Shown: piece after piece, positions 35,566-39,264 of the stretch
Layout of the letters: each line of letters starts with the position of its first letter
How positions within the stretch are numbered: the stretch's first letter is position 1
IMG/VR virus record: IMGVR_UViG_3300048889_000043
Location: 1 to 39,264 of that record
DNA from: a virus
Lineage: Duplodnaviria; Caudoviricetes
Length of the DNA stretch: 39,264 nucleotides
Reading direction: 5' to 3' (one strand)
The notes under the pieces: generated by a model
Databases searched by the model: none
Told to the model about the DNA's origin: nothing
The model's input: the letters and a program-made list of their open reading frames with translations, nothing else
Translations under genes and position numbers: made by a program

Positions 35566-36623
35566 TGGGTTTGTACTCAGCGCCATTAGCTTATACGGGC
35601 TACCATCCAGACGTAACGGGCCCTCCTACAGTTGTTAATTCGACTGTAAGGGCCGCAACTCAAGAAGAAGTTAACGCCGGGCAGCTAGACCATGTTTATG
35701 TCTCTCCGGCTACTTTATCTTCAGGAATCGTTACAGATCTTTCTTCGCCACCACCAATTGGAGATGTCACGCCAAATACAATCGACGGAACGTTTATAAA
35801 TGGGAATTATTTTTCATGTAACATTTTAACATGCAGAAATCAGGTTGAATTAGCTTTTGGAAGTACTGCCTCAGAGGTATCAATTGGCGACTGTTTTAAT
35901 ACAATCCCTCTAGATGTAACAATTTTATGCGGCACTGGAAGCTTTGGCAATTGCACCCTAAAAATGGCCAATAATCCCTTAACTACAACAATCGACCTTG
36001 GGAATACAACAACATTAGGCTCTCCTAGAACTACAACAATCAATGGTGGAGCTCAAACCCAAAACGACACGCTAAGATTAATGTTTGGCGCTCACTCGGG
36101 AGGGACTCAAGCACTTAACATATTTTCTGGAGCTTGTATAACACCTAGCTCACAAGTCATTAACATTTTTAGCGCTGCATCTACTAGCACGCAAACATTT
36201 AACCTGTTTGCTTCTACAACTGCGAACTCTACAGTAAATATATGCACAGGGTTTGCTGCGTCAACGTTAAATTTAGGGAACGGAAACGTAGCTTCTTCGG
36301 TTAATGTAGGAAACTTGTACTTTTCAAATGCTACATCTGTTTCCGGGGCTACTGTAATTATTAATAGCCAAAGAAGCGGACAGTGTGTTTTTTCTGACAT
36401 AATTACAGCTGGATCTACAGTTAACTTAACCCTAAGCAGTTCATTTATTAACTCTGGCTCTGTGTTCATAGCTTCAGTTTCCTGTGCAGACACTAGCCCG
36501 GCAGTATTGTTAAGCATTACAAGAATAAATCCAAGCGCTGGAGCCGTCGCGTTTAGAGTGACTAATGCCGGAGCTTCTGATACAGCAACACCAATTTCTA
36601 TTAATTTTTTACAAATAATTTAG
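35565..36623 (+). CDS. Fibre/spike protein, N-terminal paralog of 34822-35565
   Basis: Shared MGL..P..Y.GY.P....VNSTVRAAT..E..AG...Y.SP.T. Confidence 0.65.
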   Translation: MGLYSAPLAYTGYHPDVTGPPTVVNSTVRAATQEEVNAGQLDHVYVSPATLSSGIVTDLSSPPPIGDVTPNTIDGTFINGNYFSCNILTCRNQVELAFGSTASEVSIGDCFNTIPLDVTILCGTGSFGNCTLKMANNPLTTTIDLGNTTTLGSPRTTTINGGAQTQNDTLRLMFGAHSGGTQALNIFSGACITPSSQVINIFSAASTSTQTFNLFASTTANSTVNICTGFAASTLNLGNGNVASSVNVGNLYFSNATSVSGATVIINSQRSGQCVFSDIITAGSTVNLTLSSSFINSGSVFIASVSCADTSPAVLLSITRINPSAGAVAFRVTNAGASDTATPISINFLQII

Positions 36624-36629
36624 GTAACC

Positions 36630-36968
36630 ATGGCAGTAGCAAGATTTGAAACATTGAGATCTGTAGCCTTCGGAGGCATTTCAGGTACTTATGCCCCTAT
36701 TGGCGCAGCTTTTACAACAAACATTCGCATATTCTGTATTACCAATCAAACTAATGGAGATTTATTCATTAGCTTGAGCGGCACAACAGATCACATGTTT
36801 ATTCCAGCCAATAGCTTTCGCTTATATGACCTGTCTACAAATGCACCACCAATCAGCCAAAACGATAACTTTGAGTTAGCACAACTTACACGGTTTTACG
36901 TTAAGCAATCAACAGCGCCAACAAGTGGTTCAGTATATCTAGAAGCAATTTATGCGAGGAACTCATGA
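36630..36968 (+). CDS. Small structural protein
   Basis: Beta-rich; tail module. Confidence 0.6.
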   Translation: MAVARFETLRSVAFGGISGTYAPIGAAFTTNIRIFCITNQTNGDLFISLSGTTDHMFIPANSFRLYDLSTNAPPISQNDNFELAQLTRFYVKQSTAPTSGSVYLEAIYARNS

Positions 36969-37423
36969 GTCAATCCGGGGCATTCACATCAGGTTCAGGC
37001 GCTTCTCCAGTTCTTGTACAAAAAACTTGGACATTAACTAGCAGCCAAATCAAAAACCTAAATGCATCTCCGGTACAGTTACTACCTCCTCCGGGCTCAG
37101 GAAAAATGTATGTGCTAATTTCATCAACAGGAAAATTAATCTATGGCGGAACTACTCCGTTTATAGCCGCAGCTTCACAAACTATTGATATTTATTTTGG
37201 CACATCAATACAGGTAATAACTGCAATATCAAATTCAACCATAATAGCTACAGATACTTCCTATTCAGAAACTTCAGCTGTTAGTTCGCTTTCAGTAATA
37301 GCAACTAGCGTTGAGAATACAGCTTGGAATTTATACAATCCTCAACTAACAGAAATATCTGGAGATGTCGCGAATGATAGTACCATGTCAGGCAGTATTA
37401 TATATTATATAACAGACATTTAG
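36965..37423 (+). CDS. Structural protein (MSQSG N-terminus)
   Basis: GAGGA RBS; LTSSQIKNLNASPVQLLPPPG. Confidence 0.6.
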   Translation: MSQSGAFTSGSGASPVLVQKTWTLTSSQIKNLNASPVQLLPPPGSGKMYVLISSTGKLIYGGTTPFIAAASQTIDIYFGTSIQVITAISNSTIIATDTSYSETSAVSSLSVIATSVENTAWNLYNPQLTEISGDVANDSTMSGSIIYYITDI

Positions 37424-37466
37424 AAAATATTAGAGAGTCTACAGTGGGAATTTTAGGAGTAATATT

Positions 37467-38348
37467 ATGAGCCAGTCCGGAACAATTATAAACGATTCGA
37501 GCATTCCTGTTGACGTACCTACTTCATTTGTCACAGGTTCAGGAACAGCAATCCCAGCAGCGCACACTATTAACGTTTTAGGTGCCGGGAACGCGACCAC
37601 ATCAGCAGCAGGAAATACAATAACTATTACTGCATCAGGAGGCGTTACAAGCGTTTCTGGAACTACAAATCAGGTTGCCGTAGCTAATGGAACAACAACC
37701 GCAGTAGTCTCGCTAGTTGGGCCTTACACTCCTGCAACATATACAGCACATGGAGTTCTAATCGGTGAAGGAACATCCAGCATTGCAGCGCTAGCAGCAG
37801 GTACGGCAGGACAAGTATTACAATCAGGCGGTGCTTCTGCCGATCCTTCTTATTCTACTGCAACTTATCCTTCAACAGCGGGCACAAGCGGCAATGTTCT
37901 CACCTCCAATGGAACTAATTTTGTGTCGTCTCCAGTGGCCGCGTCAACTTCTTATGCTGTGAATATGATAACAGCATCAACGCCAGCTCCAGCAGACAAC
38001 ACAACATATTTTATGCCTAATGCAAGCGTTTGGAGTGCTATTACAGCGGCAGCAACAAGGATATTTATTCCTCGAAGCGGAACCCTGTCGTCAGTATACG
38101 GAGCTATTAGTATCACAGGAACATTAGCATCAAGTGAAAATGTGACTATAAATGTCAGACTTAACAACACAACTGACACAGCTATAACGACTACATCACA
38201 ATGGACTGCTACACTAAACACATTTTCAAATAACGGATTGAGTATAGCTGTAACAGCAGGAGATTATATATCTTTTACAGCTGTTACGCCTGCTTGGGCA
38301 ACTAATCCAACAAACGTAATATTTAATGCAAGTGCATTTATTAGTTAA
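37467..38348 (+). CDS. Tail fibre protein (MSQSG N-terminus)
   Basis: GTAGQVLQSGG, GTSGNVLTSNG fibre repeats. Confidence 0.7.
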   Translation: MSQSGTIINDSSIPVDVPTSFVTGSGTAIPAAHTINVLGAGNATTSAAGNTITITASGGVTSVSGTTNQVAVANGTTTAVVSLVGPYTPATYTAHGVLIGEGTSSIAALAAGTAGQVLQSGGASADPSYSTATYPSTAGTSGNVLTSNGTNFVSSPVAASTSYAVNMITASTPAPADNTTYFMPNASVWSAITAAATRIFIPRSGTLSSVYGAISITGTLASSENVTINVRLNNTTDTAITTTSQWTATLNTFSNNGLSIAVTAGDYISFTAVTPAWATNPTNVIFNASAFIS

Positions 38349-38362
38349 AAAAAAGGAACATC

Positions 38363-38506
38363 ATGCCACTTATCAAAGGTAAATCAAAGGAAACAGTCAG
38401 CTCAAACATTCGAACTGAAGTAGCCGCTGGAAAAAATCAAAAACAAGCCGTTGCCATTGCTCTTAACACAGCACGTAATTCTGGCGCGAAGAAGAGTAAA
38501 AAATGA
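38363..38506 (+). CDS. 47-aa basic phage protein (absent from ORF track)
   Basis: AAGGA RBS; [34 protein letters not shown], a common small phage family pattern. Confidence 0.7.
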   Translation: MPLIKGKSKETVSSNIRTEVAAGKNQKQAVAIALNTARNSGAKKSKK

Positions 38507-38568
38507 TTGGAATATTCTTCCATGTCCTTTTAGTCCTCACACTAATTTTCCTTATATGGAGGTTGCTT

Positions 38569-39228
38569 ATGTGTAAAGATGAAATGAGAAAATGTCCATG
38601 CTGCTGTGAACAAGGTCCTCAAGGGGTTCCTGGTTTGCAAGGTCCTCAAGGCATCCAGGGAGTTCCGGGTGCTCAAGGCTCTATGGGCCCACAAGGCCTG
38701 CAAGGCCCCCAGGGTATGCAAGGCCCTGCTGGTAAAGATTGCGATTGCCCTGATCAACACAGACCATATTTAAACCTGTATTCAATGCTAGATCAAACGC
38801 TAGATGCTAATGGTGGAGCAAATGATGTCATAAAATTTGAGCAAATTAACGCTTTTACCGCTCCTGATTTTGACTTCTCAGCTGCTTCAACTACAGGCCA
38901 AGTTATCGTTTTGACTGCTGGTACTTATAGCATTCAAACCCATTGTGACGGTCGTCTTGCAGCTCCGTTCCCTGCTCCGGTTCCTTCATGGGGTATTGGT
39001 CTTTATAAAAATGGGGTTATTGTCAATGGAAGTCAGGTCGCTGGATTCTCTCAATCCCCAGACGATGACGCACTATCATTAACCGCACAAGTTGTTATCG
39101 ATGTGGCAGCCAATGATACTTTTATGGTTAAAAATATCGCAAAGGGTGGAGTGTTCCTAAAAGCTAATCATCCAGAGCTTGTAGTTTTGGATGTAAGCGC
39201 ATCACTTATTTTTGTAAAAATTAGCTAA
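38569..39228 (+). CDS. Collagen-like protein with BclA-C/C1q-like C-terminal domain
   Basis: 14 GXY triplets flanked by CPCCC and CDCP; GGAGG RBS before ATG 38569 (alternative start 38503 adds a TM helix). Confidence 0.8.
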   Translation: MCKDEMRKCPCCCEQGPQGVPGLQGPQGIQGVPGAQGSMGPQGLQGPQGMQGPAGKDCDCPDQHRPYLNLYSMLDQTLDANGGANDVIKFEQINAFTAPDFDFSAASTTGQVIVLTAGTYSIQTHCDGRLAAPFPAPVPSWGIGLYKNGVIVNGSQVAGFSQSPDDDALSLTAQVVIDVAANDTFMVKNIAKGGVFLKANHPELVVLDVSASLIFVKIS

Positions 39229-39233
39229 AGATT

Positions 39234-39264
39234 ATAGGGGGCATCATCACCCCCTATTTATTAT
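39234..39264 (+). terminator. Terminator hairpin at end of late operon
   Basis: ATAGGGGG-CATCATCA-CCCCCTAT then TTATTAT. Confidence 0.6.

Noticed and set aside
27600-38760. Minus-strand ORFs across the tail and ejection genes
   Set aside because: Antisense shadows of long plus-strand genes with no recognisable motifs.
34822-39228. Diversity-generating retroelement or invertible fibre cassette
   Set aside because: No reverse transcriptase, template/variable repeat pair or inverted fibre copies seen.

Overview
The window looks like most or all of a ~39 kb temperate tailed-phage genome with a podovirus-like layout. All calls are by eye from motifs and gene order; no searches were run. Left part: ERF recombinase and PD-(D/E)XK exonuclease (minus strand), then a replisome-organizer-like ORF, an SF4 helicase, a SpoVG-like protein and two RusA paralogs. 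Next is a cargo cassette encoding an Inc-like membrane ORF and a eukaryote-like U-box protein. A leftward operon carries ParB-N, HTH and XerD-like genes, preceded by an array of small genes sharing a conserved leader (three of them with a hairpin). Right part: TerS, accessory genes (RNA-ligase-like, DUF3310-like), tRNA-Asp, TerL, portal, scaffold, N4-gp56-like capsid, tail, ejection and fibre genes. An inverted, iteron-containing rep gene with an apparent counter-transcribed RNA sits between TerL and portal. Most notable: (1) putative eukaryote-targeting effector cargo, suggesting an intracellular, possibly chlamydial, host; (2) a phage-plasmid-like kit of rep + iterons + antisense RNA, XerD-like recombinase and a dif-like site; (3) several repeated RNA-structure motifs. 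No lysis genes were recognised.
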